DNA of 63,841 nt, counting the filler, from Reclinomonas americana ATCC 50394 (lineage: Eukaryota): the NCBI GenBank assembly GCA_048213135.1. It is 5 parts of 4 records of this genome, joined end to end, with 100 filler letters (N's around TTAATTAATTAA, not from the genome) between each part and the next. Parts side by side here need not be neighbours in the genome. Positions count along the whole stretch, not along the records: positions 1 to 30,364 come from PS015622.1; 4 more parts are not named here. One strand, given 5' to 3'. The notes under the pieces were generated by a model. That model had not been told where the DNA came from, did not search any database, and was given only the letters and a program-made list of their open reading frames with translations. Each line of letters opens with the position of its first letter. Within the stretch, counting starts at the first letter, position 1. The position numbers were made by a program, and so were the translations under genes. Below, in pieces: positions 1 to 13,289 of this stretch.

Positions 1-237
1 CGCTCCACTCATCACCACCGCATCCACCACCAGTGTCATGACACGTCGTTGCGCGCGCAGTGGCGTAGTCAGTGTCGTTCCATCGAGACAAGCCATCAGC
101 ATCAACTGTGCCAGCGCAAGCGGAGAGCGCACATTGCGTCCGTACATCAGAGACAGTGTGTCGTGGAATGGGTTGCCTCTAAAGGGCATCATAACAAGCG
201 CGCCACGCACGGCCTTGTGATCGCGCACTGACCACAT
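1..237 (-). CDS. Possible 5' end of a hypothetical protein running off the window edge
   Basis: ATG at 237 with a stop-free frame to base 1 (MWSVRDHKAVRGALV...), divergent from the SDF2-like gene; no recognisable motif. Confidence 0.25.
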   Translation of the reverse strand, partial: MWSVRDHKAVRGALVMMPFRGNPFHDTLSLMYGRNVRSPLALAQLMLMACLDGTTLTTPLRAQRRVMTLVVDAVVMSGA

Positions 238-298
238 GTCTGTGAACGGCGAGCACTGTCCGCCACTGTCCCTCACTGTCCACTCTTTTTTTTCGACC

Positions 299-735
299 AT
301 GCTGCGACAACTGGCTGCGGTCTTGTTGATTGTGTGCGCACTAGCGACGCTGGCTGTTGCCAGGCGAAACGGTGAGTGCGCTGGGCGTGTGTACGTGGGT
401 TTCTGTGTGCAATTTCGTTCACACACACGCACTCGTTTGCCACACCACGCGCGCGCTCTCCTGCGTGCACTTGTGTGTGTAAGAGAGTGTGTGTGTGTGA
501 GAGAGAGAGTGTGTGTGCATCTTCTCTGTGTCGACACATTTTCATGCGATCACGTCATTGTAACACGTGGCATTTACTTACTCTCTCTCTCGTGTCACAT
601 TGCAGAGTTTGTCACATGCGGCTCTGTGATCAAGCTGAAGCACGCCAACACGGCCTATCGGCTGCACTCACATGAGATCCCGTACGGCAACCAGGGCGGT
701 GCGAGCGGTCAGCAGAGTGTAACTGCTGTCCCCGG
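299..735 (+). CDS. SDF2: Stromal cell-derived factor 2-like MIR-domain ER protein, 5' part (2 exons; rest lost at the gap)
   Basis: Signal peptide MLRQLAAVLLIVCALA; after a GT-AG intron, EFVTCGSVIKLKHANTAYRLHSHEIPYG...SGQQSVTA, the SDF2 MIR signature. Confidence 0.85.
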
Positions 736-1010
736 TGAGTTGAGAGAGAGAGAGAGAGAGGAGGAGGGGAGGAGAGAGAAGAAAGAAGAAGAAGAAGAAG
801 AAGATGAAGAAGAAGAAGAAGAAGGAGAAGGAGAACAGTTGAGCAGACAGTGTCCTTATCTTCTCCTCTCTTCTTCTCTCTCACCTGCTCCTTGCGTTCT
901 TTNNNNNNNNNNNNNNNNNNNNGAGAGAGAGAGAGAACAAGGAGAAGACATGCCTGTGCTTGAGAGAGAATCTCTGCACCTTTTTGTCTCATTGTGATTG
1001 ACACGGTCAG

Positions 1011-2301
1011 TGCGACGACTGATTTGCGAGAGCGATTTGGTGCGAACCGCGTCTTCAACACGCCGCTGTGCGAGCAGGGCATTGCTGGATTTGCAATTGG
1101 AATGGCGGCGGTGGGGCATACGGCGATTGCCGAGATCCAGTTTGCGGATTACATTTTCCCGGCGTTTGATCAGGTGGGTGCATGGTTGTCGCCTTTGCAT
1201 GCTGTCTGTCGCTCATGCAGCTGGATCTGCTCAGCTCCCTCTTCTTATTCTTCTTCTTCTTCTCCTCCTCCTCCTCCTCCTCCTCCTCCTTCATCATCAT
1301 CATCATCATCATCTTCTTTCTTCTCCTTCTCCTTCCCCCTCCTTCTCCTTCCCCCTCCTTCCCTCGTGCCTCACCCGCTTCTTCCTGCAGATCGTCAACG
1401 AGGCTGCCAAGTACCGGTACCGAAGCGGCAACCAGTTCGACTGCGGCCCGCTGACCATTCGCACGCCGTGCAGCGCCGTCGGCCACGGTGGCCACTACCA
1501 CTCGCAGAGCCCCGAGGCGTACTTCGCGCACACGCCGGGTCTCAAGGTCACTCCTCTGTCTCCTCTCATCTCCACTCGCCTCTTGTTGTACCTGACCGCG
1601 ATTGCAGGTGGTGATGCCGTCGACGCCGGCCGAGGCCAAGGGTCTGCTGCTGGAGTCCATTTTCACGCAGGATCCAGTCATTTTCTTCGAGCCCAAGATC
1701 CTCTACCGCTCCGCCGAGGAGCAGGTGCCGACGGGCGACTACAGAATTCCACTCGGCAAGGTCTCCTCACTCTCGCCCACTCTCCCTCTCTCTCTTTCCT
1801 GGTGTTGGTCTTGACTGATGTTGCATGGGCAGGCGCGTCTGGTGCGCGAGGGCTCCGACGTGACGCTGCTGGCGTGGGGCTCGCAGGTGCACGTCATGAC
1901 GCACGCTGCGGCCATGGCGCAGCAAGAGTTGGGTGTGTCGTGCGAAGTGATTGATCTGCGAAGCATCACGCCGTGGGATGTGGAGGCTGTGGAGGCCTCC
2001 ACGCGCAAGACTGGACGACTGATTGTGGCACACGAGGCGCCGGAGACGTGCGGATTTGGTGCTGAAATCGCCGCCACCATCATGGTCTGTGTTGTTTTCC
2101 TCCTCTTCGTGCACACCCGCTCGTCAAACCACTCACCGCTCTCCTCTCCCCACGCTCCAGGAGTCGTGCTTCTTGCACCTCGAATCGCCGATTATCCGTG
2201 TCACGGGACTCGACACACCATTCCCTCTGATCCACGAAAAGTACTACGTACCGGACAAGTACAAGGTCTTTGAGGCCATCAAGAGGAGTATCAATTACTG
2301 A
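1011..2301 (+). CDS. BCKDHB: Branched-chain alpha-keto acid dehydrogenase E1 beta subunit (5'-partial, 5 exons visible)
   Basis: [77 protein letters not shown] joined by GT-AG introns; TGA at 2299-2301. Confidence 0.95.
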
Positions 2302-2432
2302 CACGCCGTTGCATCAATGAACGCATGACAAGCGCGTGTTGCCTACTTTGCGTTTTTCACTCACAAAGACAATCTCAATCTTTCATCTGTGTTCTATCGC
2401 TCTCTTTCTCACTCACTCACTCGTTAGCACTA

Positions 2433-5400
2433 TTATCTGTCGGCTGCGGCCGACGACGACGACGACGACGCTGGCGGTCTCAGGTACTCGGCCAGATCGA
2501 CAGCCATGTTTGTCACGTTGCGCTGCAGCACACGCAAGAAGCCGCGCGATGCCGGCGGCACAATGCCCAGGGCGCGGCAAGCCGCCACGGCTGCCTCCGA
2601 CATCTCCGCCGATGATGACGATGCTGGCGCCGGTAGTGGTGGTGGTGCTGCTGCAGTCGACGAGGTGCCAGACACTGATGATGGTGGTGGTGGTTGCGAC
2701 GGTGCGGTGGCCGACAACTGGCGCAGAATCTCCAGCAACTCGTCGCCTTGCTGCAAGAAGTGGTACTGAATGATATCGGTGACGTCGCGTAGTCGCTGTG
2801 TGCGGGGAGAGTGAGTGTCACATGCACGCCTCATCTACGCAAGGAGTAGGCGGTACATACCGCAGCCAGCTCCAGCGACCTCCGCCGGTGTTGGAACATG
2901 AGCAGCACGACGCCCTCGTTGTACAGTTTCGCGTGATGCGCACCCTCATCTGTTCCGCGATACTTTTCGTATCCGGCCTCGTTGTAGTACGGTTCACCGT
3001 TCAGTACCAGGCCCTGGATGGAGACCAGGAGCTGCAGTAGGGTGCTGGCCGGCGTCCAACACTCACTTTCGTCCTTGGAGAACCACGTGCCGAGCAAGCT
3101 CACTGTCGCACACATCACGTGAGTTGAGTTGGGGGATAGGAAGGGAGAGTGAATGGAAGTGAGTGGGGACGAACAACAAACGGTGCCGTCCGTGTACATG
3201 TTCGGGTTGACTTTCTCCGAGTTCACACTGTGATACTTGACTCGAGGCGGACTCTGCGGGTAATCACCGGGCACCGCAATGTCGAACACAAAAATGCCGC
3301 CAAAGTACCTGCACATCGACAAGGTGAGTGTGGCCAGAGCGACTGCACACATGCACACTGTGTGCGCTCACGCAACGGCGTGCCTCGCGGACCAATCATG
3401 GCCGCGCGCAGCAGATCCAATCGTGACTCGAACAGTCGCACGTACACACCACCTGCCGTGAAAAATCGCCCGTGAGCAGCCAGACAGACAGCATCACATC
3501 GCACGTGTGGTAGCACGCAACTCGGCAAATCCGACTGCAGCGACGTCAAGTCCTGCTGTAGCCGGCGCATCGTGCTCGACGAGAACTCCTACCAGAGATA
3601 CTTGTCGATCAGCAACGACACGCAAATCGCCGCACACACCCACAAACACGAAAAGGGACGCACTGCTGGAGGATCCTGTGCAAACAGGTGGTCCACAGGG
3701 GCATCGTCCAGCATCTCAAATGTCGGCATCGATTCGCTGCAAAAAAAAATCGCCGAGTAAGGATCAACTGTGTTTCATCGAGTTGCAACAAGGCAAGAGA
3801 CACACCCTCTCGCTTGCATCTCTCGCAAGCGCGCCATGCTGGTGGCCAAAAACTGCAAGACACTCAGATGCTCAGTAACATCCAATCGCCACATCACAAC
3901 GCCACACCAACGGCTCACCTCCTGCACTGCGGCCTCCTGTGCGGTGCGCACAGCAGGAGCAGCAGCGGCGGCGGCGGCAGGCACGACACCACCACCCGGA
4001 GGCACGGACACGAGTTGACCGGCTGGCAGTGGGAACGCCGGCGCAACAGCAGAAGCTGCCGGCTGACCAGCGATTCCCTCCACGAGTCGATCGGCAGGCG
4101 CATGCAGTGCACGCAGCAACGAGTCTTCGTAGAACGGGTTGCCGCCGCGTTGCACTTGCAGAAGCGCAGCCGCTGCAGGACCTGCATGACCAAGTTCATC
4201 ATATCAGCGACAGATGAAAAACACAACACAATAACAAGGAACTTGATGGCAATGGTCACCTTGCTCCTGCTGCAGTGCATCTTCGATTTCCTCCGACATC
4301 TCTCCCTCCGACTGTTCGTCTTGCGGCGACAGCACAATGCACTCGAACGGAAGAATCTTGGATCTTGTGCCGTCCGACCATATCACGTCCAGCTTGCCGT
4401 TCTCCAGACCCACCACTTCACCCGTCCACTGCCCAGGGGGCGCTGGAGCTCCATTCGCCCCCTCGCCAGCAGCCACTTCTTCGGGCTCCGCAGCAGCATC
4501 TCCATCCCCTTCGCCGACCGCCGCAGGCTCGCCAGCCGGAGCGCCTGGCGGTGGAGCTGCTGGTTGTGCGCTTGAATCCAACTTCAGCACAATGTCTCCG
4601 AGACGAATCTGCGGCGGCGTTCACGTCAGTGAACTCACTCACTCATCGCACACACACATGTGCGAGAACAGACCTCATGATCGGCTGACGCCTCAATGTC
4701 GTACACGGACACGGTATCCACAGGTCCATCCGAGTCGTACGTCAAGCTGCGGCATCAATGAGCACCGCTACCACCACCATCACTTATATCTGCACTGATC
4801 CATCATACTCACGTGTCGGTTCGCGCATCGCGATTGTACCACCGCACATTGGCGGTACGATCGGCTGGATCCACGCTGAGAACGAAACCACACTGGCCAG
4901 CTGCGACCAAGATGGGGGTGAGGCAACCAGCACACAACTGGTGTGCAGAGTGGAACGCACGTTGGGCGCCTGGTGCATCGGGATGGCACATGACGAGATC
5001 ACCAGGGAAGAAGTCCAGATCCGCCACATCCAGCACCGGGCACAAGTCGATCGCACGGATTCCTCTGCACATCAGTCAGCGACCCAACACCAACATCAAC
5101 AGAAGAGTGCGGCGTCGACGCCTCACCGCTCCAGTGCGCCATCCTGCCACACCACATCGACCACAGTGTGCGTCATGGTTACCAGCACACAGCGCTTCAC
5201 CTGATCCTTGACGGCCGGCCACGAGAGCGGAACGTTAGCCGAGGATGCCGACGCGCCGGAACCGTCTGACCCTGAGCCACTTGCACCGTTCTTCTCCTCG
5301 TCGGCAGGAAACGAATTCTGCACCACGGGCGACGCAGCGCGCACCACACGCTCCATCACTCGACATCTGTGTTTCAGCACATCGCTCGAGGCCTTGGCCC

Positions 5401-7209
5401 GAGACTTGATCGCACGACGCCTCGCCAATCGTCGGCGATCCTCACCAGGATCGTCGTCCGACAGCTGGTACTCCTCCACAGTCGCAGGCGCCGATGCAGA
5501 TGCGGCAATATCACCCGCACTGCCCTCCCCACCACAGGCCGCCGCAGTCGCCGTCGATGCACTACCGTCGGCGGCACCACGAGTGCCGCCAGCAGCGGCC
5601 TCCTCCGTCAGCTGCTGGATCTCCTCTGGTGTCTTGGACCACAGTGCCGGTGGCATGTGCACAAGAGCCGTGCTGGCCAGTGCAAAATCGCCCACCTGGA
5701 ACTTGGTGTGATCGTAGTGCTGCAGCAATTGCACGAGCTCACTCGAGCAGATGGATGGTGGCCGGACCACGAGGCCCGAATTCTGCAGCGCGTGACGGCG
5801 ACGTCAGTTACGAGAGAAGAAGGTGAGGAGGAGACAACACTCGACAGAGAACATCACCAGTCGAGTGGCGAGCCAGTCGACGTCGACAGAGACCTCCTTG
5901 AAGGAGGTGACCACACCCCACCGATGCAGTCTCTTGAAGCGGCCCTTGCTATACGTGGCATGCTCGCGCAGGTACGATGGATCGCACTTGACGCGACAGC
6001 CGGGATAGTACTGCAACTCTTCGCGCTCCTCGTCGTCCGACGGCACCGAGTCGGTTTCGGGGTTGATGGGAGTGACACGCACGAGTTCCGGCGAGCTGAT
6101 GGCACACTCGGATCCGTCCTTGAAACGAAGCGTGATGCGAATCTCACTCTGCACACATCATCAGCTTTGAATAAAAAAACATGCACAAGACCACTTCAAC
6201 GAGACGCACGTCCACCACACGGCCGATCCAGTCACCACGCAGCACAAGACGACCACGATCGTACACCAACATTGCCTGCAAATGACGTGCATCCACATTT
6301 TCGCGAACATCCTCCGCCTCCTCGTCGTCCTCCTCTGCCTGCTGCTCGCCCTCCTCACCGTCATCATCATCGTCGTCATCATCATCACCAGCACCTCGTC
6401 GTGGTCGTCGCCGGCTATTGTCGCCGCCCGACTCTGACGACGCGGAGTCACTATCCTCCGAGATGCCGACGGCATCTGCTCTTCTCGACCCTCCCTCCTT
6501 GGTGCTGGCCAGTTTCTTGGACGGCGACACAAACTTGACATTGCAGCGCAGCGACACATTGACAACATATCCCATGCGCGACATGCGCGTGTCGGTGGTT
6601 CGCGCCACCACATCGCCATTGAGCAGCGCCCGATCCACCACCTCCAGTTCATGCAGAGGACATATCAGTGGCACATCGTCCTCATCGTCGTTCTCTTCCT
6701 CCTCGTCATCCTCCTCCTCTTCGTCGTTCTCATCGGGTGGCGGACCCGTCGGCACCCACGTCAGAATGGCGTGATTCTCCGGCAACTGAACAGCCACAGG
6801 CGACCACGTGAGCGGCAACACACAGCACAAGACAAGAGCCGCGGACACAACGCGCACCCGAAAATGAGACCGCTCCTCATCCTCCTCATCATCATCATCG
6901 CCTTCATCGTCGTCGCTGTGCTGGTCTTCATCGCCAAACTCGCGGACTCGATCGACAACAGCCTGCAACCGCGGACGTAAGAGAACAGCACAATAACGTG
7001 ATGACAGGCCCAATGAAGCGCACCACATAGCCACGTGCATAGCGCGGCAGCAGCGACTTCAACGCGGAAGCTCGCGGTCTCACCACATCCTCCACGAAAA
7101 TTCTCTGCGGAGCCACTGCTGCTACTCCTGCTGCTGCATCAGCGTGCACAGCTGGCACCTCCACAGCACGTGACTGCGCAAGTTGCGAGTGAGCAAAAGG
7201 GGAGGCCAT
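2433..7209 (-). CDS. UBE2O: E2/E3 hybrid ubiquitin-conjugating enzyme, UBE2O-like (multi-exon)
   Basis: N-terminal LEVVDRALLNGDVV, YYPGCRV, THTVVDVVWQDG and FFPGDLV blocks; C-terminal UBC domain GPRGTPY, NPNMYTDGTVCLSLLGTW (catalytic Cys), LLQLLVSIQGLVLNGEPYYNEAGY. Confidence 0.88.
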
Positions 7210-7399
7210 GTGAAGATGTCGCACGCACGCGCGTGGACGACTTGTGCATCAAAGGAGAGAGAGTGTGTGTGTGTGTGCATGTGCGTGTGTGGTGCTGCCG
7301 TGAACACAGCGTGGGGGTGATGTGAGGAGAGGAAGCAGAGGATGAGTTGCGCCACTTGTCCACTGCGACAATGTGTCTTGTGTGCGTTTCGATGATTGC

Positions 7400-7830
7400 A
7401 ACTCACCGCTGGGGAACGGTTGGCCATGGTGGCACTCTTCACACGCAAGACGACGAGGCTCCGACTGTCGGCGCTGTCTCTGTGCCTCTCGAGAAAGAAA
7501 CTGCTTCGTGGGACAACCTCGAACGTCGCGATAATATATCGTTTCCGGCAATTTTGCGATTCTTTCATCTTCACACCGCTGGGGCCACAGTCGACGATCT
7601 TGCAATGGCTGTTCTGCCACTCGTGCCGACCAACAAGCTTGCGAAATGAATGCATGCATGGAGAACGAAAGAGACCCAACCTCGAGGTCCTCAGGCTCCA
7701 CACCCACACTGGCCACAGCAGTTTCTGTGCCTGGTGAAGAACGTACGCAGACACATATACAAAGTATGAGCTGGAGCATCCACAGAGCGCGACGGAAACG
7801 CTTGCCAATGATGCGAGGCTGAACACAATG
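7400..7830 (-). CDS. Possible exons of an unidentified protein
   Basis: Protein-like open stretch (SHCKIVDCGPSGVKMKES...RYIIATFEVVPR) bounded by plausible splice sites; no homology recognised and gene structure unresolved. Confidence 0.2.
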
Positions 7831-8149
7831 CTCCACGCTGCACAGATGCATTGCCTTCCAGGCTCTAAACCGGGTATGCACTGTCGTTCTTACCTCTAAA
7901 CATGAACAGAGAGCCACGCCAACTGTCACGTGATTCAACGAGTGGCAGAAGAACAGCACAATCAATGGCTGCATCACGTGCAAGAAAACTCGATCACACG
8001 AATCCCCTCGCACAGTCCATACTACTGCGCTGTGCGACACGACACGATCTGTGCTGCGTTATCATTTCCTTTGCTTCACTCACTCACACGGTGGAGGCAA
8101 GTGGACACAGGAGACGAGCAGCGCGATCACTGCACAACACGCATCACAG

Positions 8150-8259
8150 TCAGTGTGCCAAAGATCGCACGCCGCGCAACGTGACGAATCCCTGACACCG
8201 CACCTCTGATGATCCCTTCGACAAGCGCGCAAACGAGTTCTGATAGCCGAGCATGACTG

Positions 8260-8297
<38 letters not shown>

Positions 8298-8842
8298 GAG
8301 TGTGCGTGTGAGTGACAGTCGTTGAATCATTCGAGTAGAGAACGTACATCCACCGGTGGCGCCAATGAGACCGGCCATTGCCGCCGTCTGTCGTCGCAGC
8401 GGTCTTCCTATGAGGGAGAGAGAGGAGAGAGGAGAGGGGAAGTGAGAAGGCCATGGCAATGACACACCGCGTCTCACACACAGACTCGCACGCGTGCACC
8501 ACGCACGCACTCCTCTCTCGTACAAGCGCTTCATGTGTGTGTGTGCGAGTGTGTGCGACTGCGTGTGCGTGCGTGTATGTGAGTTACCTGCCACATAGCC
8601 AAAGGGTACCGACAACGCCACCACGCCCAGTGCCATGCCCCTGTTGCAGCACACACACAGAGAGACAGAGGCAGGCACTTGCTCGTTCAGCGCTCACGCA
8701 CAGAGGAACGCGCACGCGCTGTCTCTCACACACACGCGATGGCACACACTCACACACACACAGAGACACTCGCTCACCAGTCGCCCGCAGACATGTTGCC
8801 CACAATGGTGGCCACTGTCAACGGCTGTCGCGTCTCGCTCAT
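8150..8842 (-). CDS. Mitochondrial complex I accessory subunit, NUXM / plant 20.9-kDa family (4 exons; 3' end uncertain)
   Basis: Spliced MSETRQPLTVATIVGNMSAGDW/GMALGVVALSVPFGYVA/GRPLRRQTAAMAGLIGATGG/FMLGYQNSFARL matches the family pattern VVGNF..GY..G..GGF..AYQNS..RL; not recovered as a single ORF in the track. Confidence 0.8.
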
Positions 8843-9198
8843 CGCTGCTCTGTCTCTCCGCCACACAAACACAGAATGAAAATCACAATCACTGGTCGAC
8901 ATCGACTTCATCATCTCAGGCCATCTTCATTCCCTCTCACACGCTCCACCTGCTCCCGCAGCACACCACTCTCCTGTCGCACCTGCCGCACGTGCTGCTC
9001 CAGAGCTGTGTTGCGCAGTCAGCAGACACACAGACAACTTCGCACTCTCCTTTTGCTCTTCTCGCTCACCCAGCACTGCATCACGCGTCTCATATACGCG
9101 ACGAAGGAGGTGACGTGAAGCAGCTGCCTGCTCTGCGTCGCTCATGGTGACAATCGAGGCCGCAGAGGACGCGGTGTCCCTTCAATCGTCGATCGCGG

Positions 9199-10273
9199 AT
9201 GAGCGCCCCGAAGCTCACTGTCTGCATCAACGGGTGCGTCTCTCTCTGTGTGTATGATCCCCATCTAGTCGACACGTACTGACTTGATGCGCAGGTGGCT
9301 CGGGGCCACTTGGAAGCATGTGAACAAATTCACGCAGTACCACGAGTCACTGGGCCGGCATGCACCGACGCAGATCGCGCCCATGCTGACCAAGTTACAC
9401 AAGCAGCACAATGCTCTCTCTGTCTCGTTGCTTGCTCTGATCTGTTGCTGCAGTGTCAATCCACAATTTGCACGCAACGAGGCTCGACGATCGCTCTGGC
9501 AGCTGCAGCTGGAGCGACGGCAGCGCAACATTCCGCCCACCACACCACTGCTGTTTCATACACTGAGTGGCAATGGGTTTCATTTGCTGGCGCACCAGCT
9601 GCGCGTCATAGACACCATGCCAGAGGTGTTGTTGCCATCCCTTGCACGCTCGCTCGCTCTTTCGCTCGATCGATGGCTCAGTGTGCTCGGTTGCAGTTTG
9701 GCGCGTTGCGCAGCAGCATTATCGGCGTGGTGATTGACTCGGCACCGCCACTGCCGCAACCGGAGGTGTGGACACGCGGGTTTGTGGGCGCCCTGGTGGC
9801 CGGCTGGCTGCCGAACTCGCCCACGGCCAAGGGCCCCGACCCGTACACGCATCCGGTGCTGTCGCCACCGACCAATGCCATCATGCACGGCCTCTTTGCC
9901 GCGCTCAACTACCCGTCGTACTATTCGGGCATTGTCAACACTGTCGTCGGCCATCGCACACCACTGTTGTTCATGTACAGCGACGCCGACCCTCTGGTCG
10001 ACTACCATCACGTGGAGCGCGTGGCTGCCCTCGCGCGCGATCTGCACGCGCCTCTTGTCCGCATGGTACCGCCGCCAACGTGCTTCTGTTCGCTCGTTTT
10101 GCCTGCTGCTCATGGTCATTCGTTTGCAGCACAAGTTCCACGGCACACCACATGTCGGCCACATGAAAGCCAAGCCCGAAGAGTACGCGGAGAACCTCGA
10201 ACGATTCATCGGCGATTGTCTCGCTCGTCCTCGTCCTCCTCCTCCTCCCCCTTCGCCTCCACCTCCTCCATAA
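9199..10273 (+). CDS. TMEM53/DUF829 family alpha/beta-hydrolase-like protein
   Basis: VCINGWLGATWKHVNKF, LLFHTLSGNG, GVVIDSAP, LFMYSDADPLV, FHGTPHVGHMK..PEEY; GT-AG introns; TAA at 10271-10273. Confidence 0.82.
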
Positions 10274-10280
10274 AGAGAGC

Positions 10281-12998
10281 ATGCGCGTCGTACTTCTTCT
10301 CCTTCTTCCACTACTGCTGCTGCTGTGGCTGGCAGTGTGCATGAGCAGCACGGCAGCTGCTGCGTCTACTGTGCAAGCGGGTGTGGAGTACACCTCGAAT
10401 GGACACGTGCGCCTGGTCATGTTGCCGACCACGCTGGCGCACGGACCCTTTGCGGCCTGGGGCTCCTTCACAGACACGATTGAGAGCAATGGATGGTCGG
10501 TGCTGCAGGTGCACACGAACAGCTCGTTTGCGGATAACTTGCAGGCGTATGCGGCCGGGTACTTGGAGGGTGAGTGAGTGACTTGGTGAATGAACAGTGT
10601 GTGCAGCGTGACTCTCACTCGCGTTACACAGGTGCGCTGACAGTGCAACGTGGATGGGAGTCACTGATCAACACGCGTGGTGGGCACACGGATTACTCTC
10701 GTTGCGTGCATTGATGATGAGATGAGGGTCGAACGAATGCGCTCATCTTCTGATGATGATGGTGGTCAGCTGCCATGGCCAAGTTTGTGGACGACAACCT
10801 GGCGTGGGTGGCGCAGCAGGTGCAGAATAACCCGCGTGATCCGTACTGGCACCAGGCACGTGTGTTTTCTCCGCGCGCACATACACGAAGTTCATCTCTT
10901 GACCTCGCTGTTCCCACAGGTCGGCCTGCTGTATGATCAGTTCGATGGTGTCTTTGATGGGTATGTGTGTGTGCGGTTGATCGTATGTCGACAATACGCT
11001 TGCATTCTCTGACACACGCGAGGGCAGGTACACTGCCATGGCCAAGCCGAACCAGTTGTTCAACCGTGACGTGCTCATGTCGGCAATCTTGCAAGGTCTT
11101 GCTTTCATGCGCCAGCCCGCTCTGCGTGTCGCAGATTGTTCACCCTGTTCGTAGGCGATTTGGATGATCTGTGCCGCGTGTTTGGTTGCACGGGACGCAC
11201 GGCGCACCGCCTGGAGACCACCGGCAACAGCCACTGCAGTGTGCTGATCAAGGTGACGCCGTCGGGTGAACTGCTCTCCGGGCACACCACATGGAGCGGA
11301 TTCGAGAGCATGACACGGTGCGCCTGCTTTGTACGTTCATAATCGAGAGGTGATGCTCAATCTCGAGTGCACTGCGCGCAGCGTGTACAAGATGTACGAC
11401 TTTGCGTACACTCGCGACGGCACGGTCGGCTCGGGCATTGTGCCGGGCCGCCGAGTGGCATTCTCGTCGTACCCAGTGGTGCGTGAATGCATCTTTGTAG
11501 ATCGCCTGCGTGTGCTATCTTGATCACTCGTGTGCGTGGTTGACAGGTGCTCAACTCGGATGACGACTGGTACCAGGTCGCGTACAGATTTCTTGTTGTT
11601 TCTCCGCATGTGTCTGCGTGCCTCTCATTGTCAACCCCTCGATTCAACAGACATCGGCCGGCCTCGTGGTGACCGAGACGACCATCAGTAACAACAATGC
11701 AACTCTGTGGCAGGTGCTGTCTCTCGCTCGTCGGAGGTGCTCCGATGCCATTGAACACGTGCTGACGCGATGATTGCACAGTTCGTGACGCCGCAGACGG
11801 TGCCCGAGTGGGCGCGTGTCATGGTCGCCACTCGCCTCAGCTCTGCGGGCGCCGACTGGGTGTCGACTTTCAGCAAGTTCAACAGCGGGTACGTTTCCTC
11901 GCTTCGGCGCCTGGCACTCGCAGCGCGGAGTCTCACAATTCTCTTGGTGGCAGTTCTTATAATAATGAGTGGATGGTGTTGGACTACAAGCTGTACCAGC
12001 CCGGCAAGGCTCTTGAGCCAGGAACTTTCTGGGTGGCAGAGCAGGTTTGCGCGTGTGCCTCCTGCTGTGACGAGAGAAGCGTGTATTCTCACACGACGTT
12101 GATCACACAGATGCCGGGCATCATTGTCAGCCGCGACATGTGAGCTCGTGCTGTCGTGGGATTTTTATTCAGCAGAACTTCAGTGCAAACTTACGCGCTC
12201 ATCCTTCTCGCCTACAGGACTTCGTGGCTCACGGAGCACTCGTACTGGGCCAGCTACAACCGTCCCTTCTTCCAGGAAATTTTCGACATTAGCAACCAGG
12301 CGGAACTCCTCAACAAGTACGGCGATCACTTTAGCTGGAGCCGCACGGCGCGCGGCGTCATTTTTGCGCAGATCCAGGTCTGGAGCCTCGTCGCACTTCG
12401 TCTTGACCGTCTCGTGGTCATACTCACGAGGTAATGTGTGTGGCGCAGTCGTCGGTGGTCGACGAGGAGTCGTACAAGCGCGTCATTCGCCACAACAAAT
12501 TCCAGTCGGATGCTATTGGCACGCAGGGATGCTCGAATGGCCGCTCGGCCTCCAATGCCATCTCTGAGCGCGGCGACCTCACCGTCACGAGCGCACAGTG
12601 CATTCATGACATTGCACAGCAGGACGAGGCCGGCATCGACGCCAAGTTCACCAGCTACGCCAAGGTGTGCAAAACAAAACAGAGTGCTTGCGGACTTGAG
12701 TGACTTATTCGTGCACGATACCCAGATGGCCAGCGGCACTCTGAGTGCGTGGATCCAAAGCGGACCGACGTACGACGATCAGCCGCCGTTTGTGTGGAGG
12801 TGAGAAAGTGTTGGACAAAAATTATTCATTGTGTTCGATTCTCATTTCAACCACGCAAAAACGCACAGCAAGAGCCCCTTCAGCAGCACCCCGCACGTGG
12901 GTATGCCAGACAAGTGGAATTTCCCGTGGGTGGAGGTGTCATTCCCGCCGACCGAGGACGACACCGAGCCGACGCAGCTGCAGTTCAACGCTGTCTAA
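10281..12998 (+). CDS. Phospholipase B-like (PLBD family) secreted/lysosomal Ntn-hydrolase, about 15 exons
   Basis: Signal peptide; QAYAAGYLEG, DPYWHQ, SHCSVLIK (catalytic Cys), GHTTW, FSSYP, ETT, NSGSYNNEW, YWASYNRPFF, NAISERGDL, GIDAK, SGPTYDDQPPFVW, HVGMPDKWNF. Confidence 0.93.
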
Positions 12999-13289
12999 AA
13001 ACGACCAATGCACCATGCGACCTCCCTGTTTCACCCTCGCGATGGAATTCAATCGTGGTGGATGCGCACCGCAAGTGGGGTAATTGCAACAATAGCAATA
13101 GCAACCACCAGGTGTGTAGCCGATCCGGTTTATATGCGCCTGGCCGACGGCCAGCATTTCGTTTAGAATTCGTCCGACAAAAACCGTTTGTCAGTGTGGA
13201 TTTTTTGTGCTTTGCGCGAGCGAAGAAGGAATCGAGATAGAAAGCAAGACCGAGCCCTGTCTGTTCGCACTCTCTTATCAGCAGCAATC

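Noticed and set aside
299..2301. Apparent SDF2-BCKDHB fusion
   Set aside because: A 20-N gap at 903-922 separates them and both genes lack the adjoining halves; sequence is missing.
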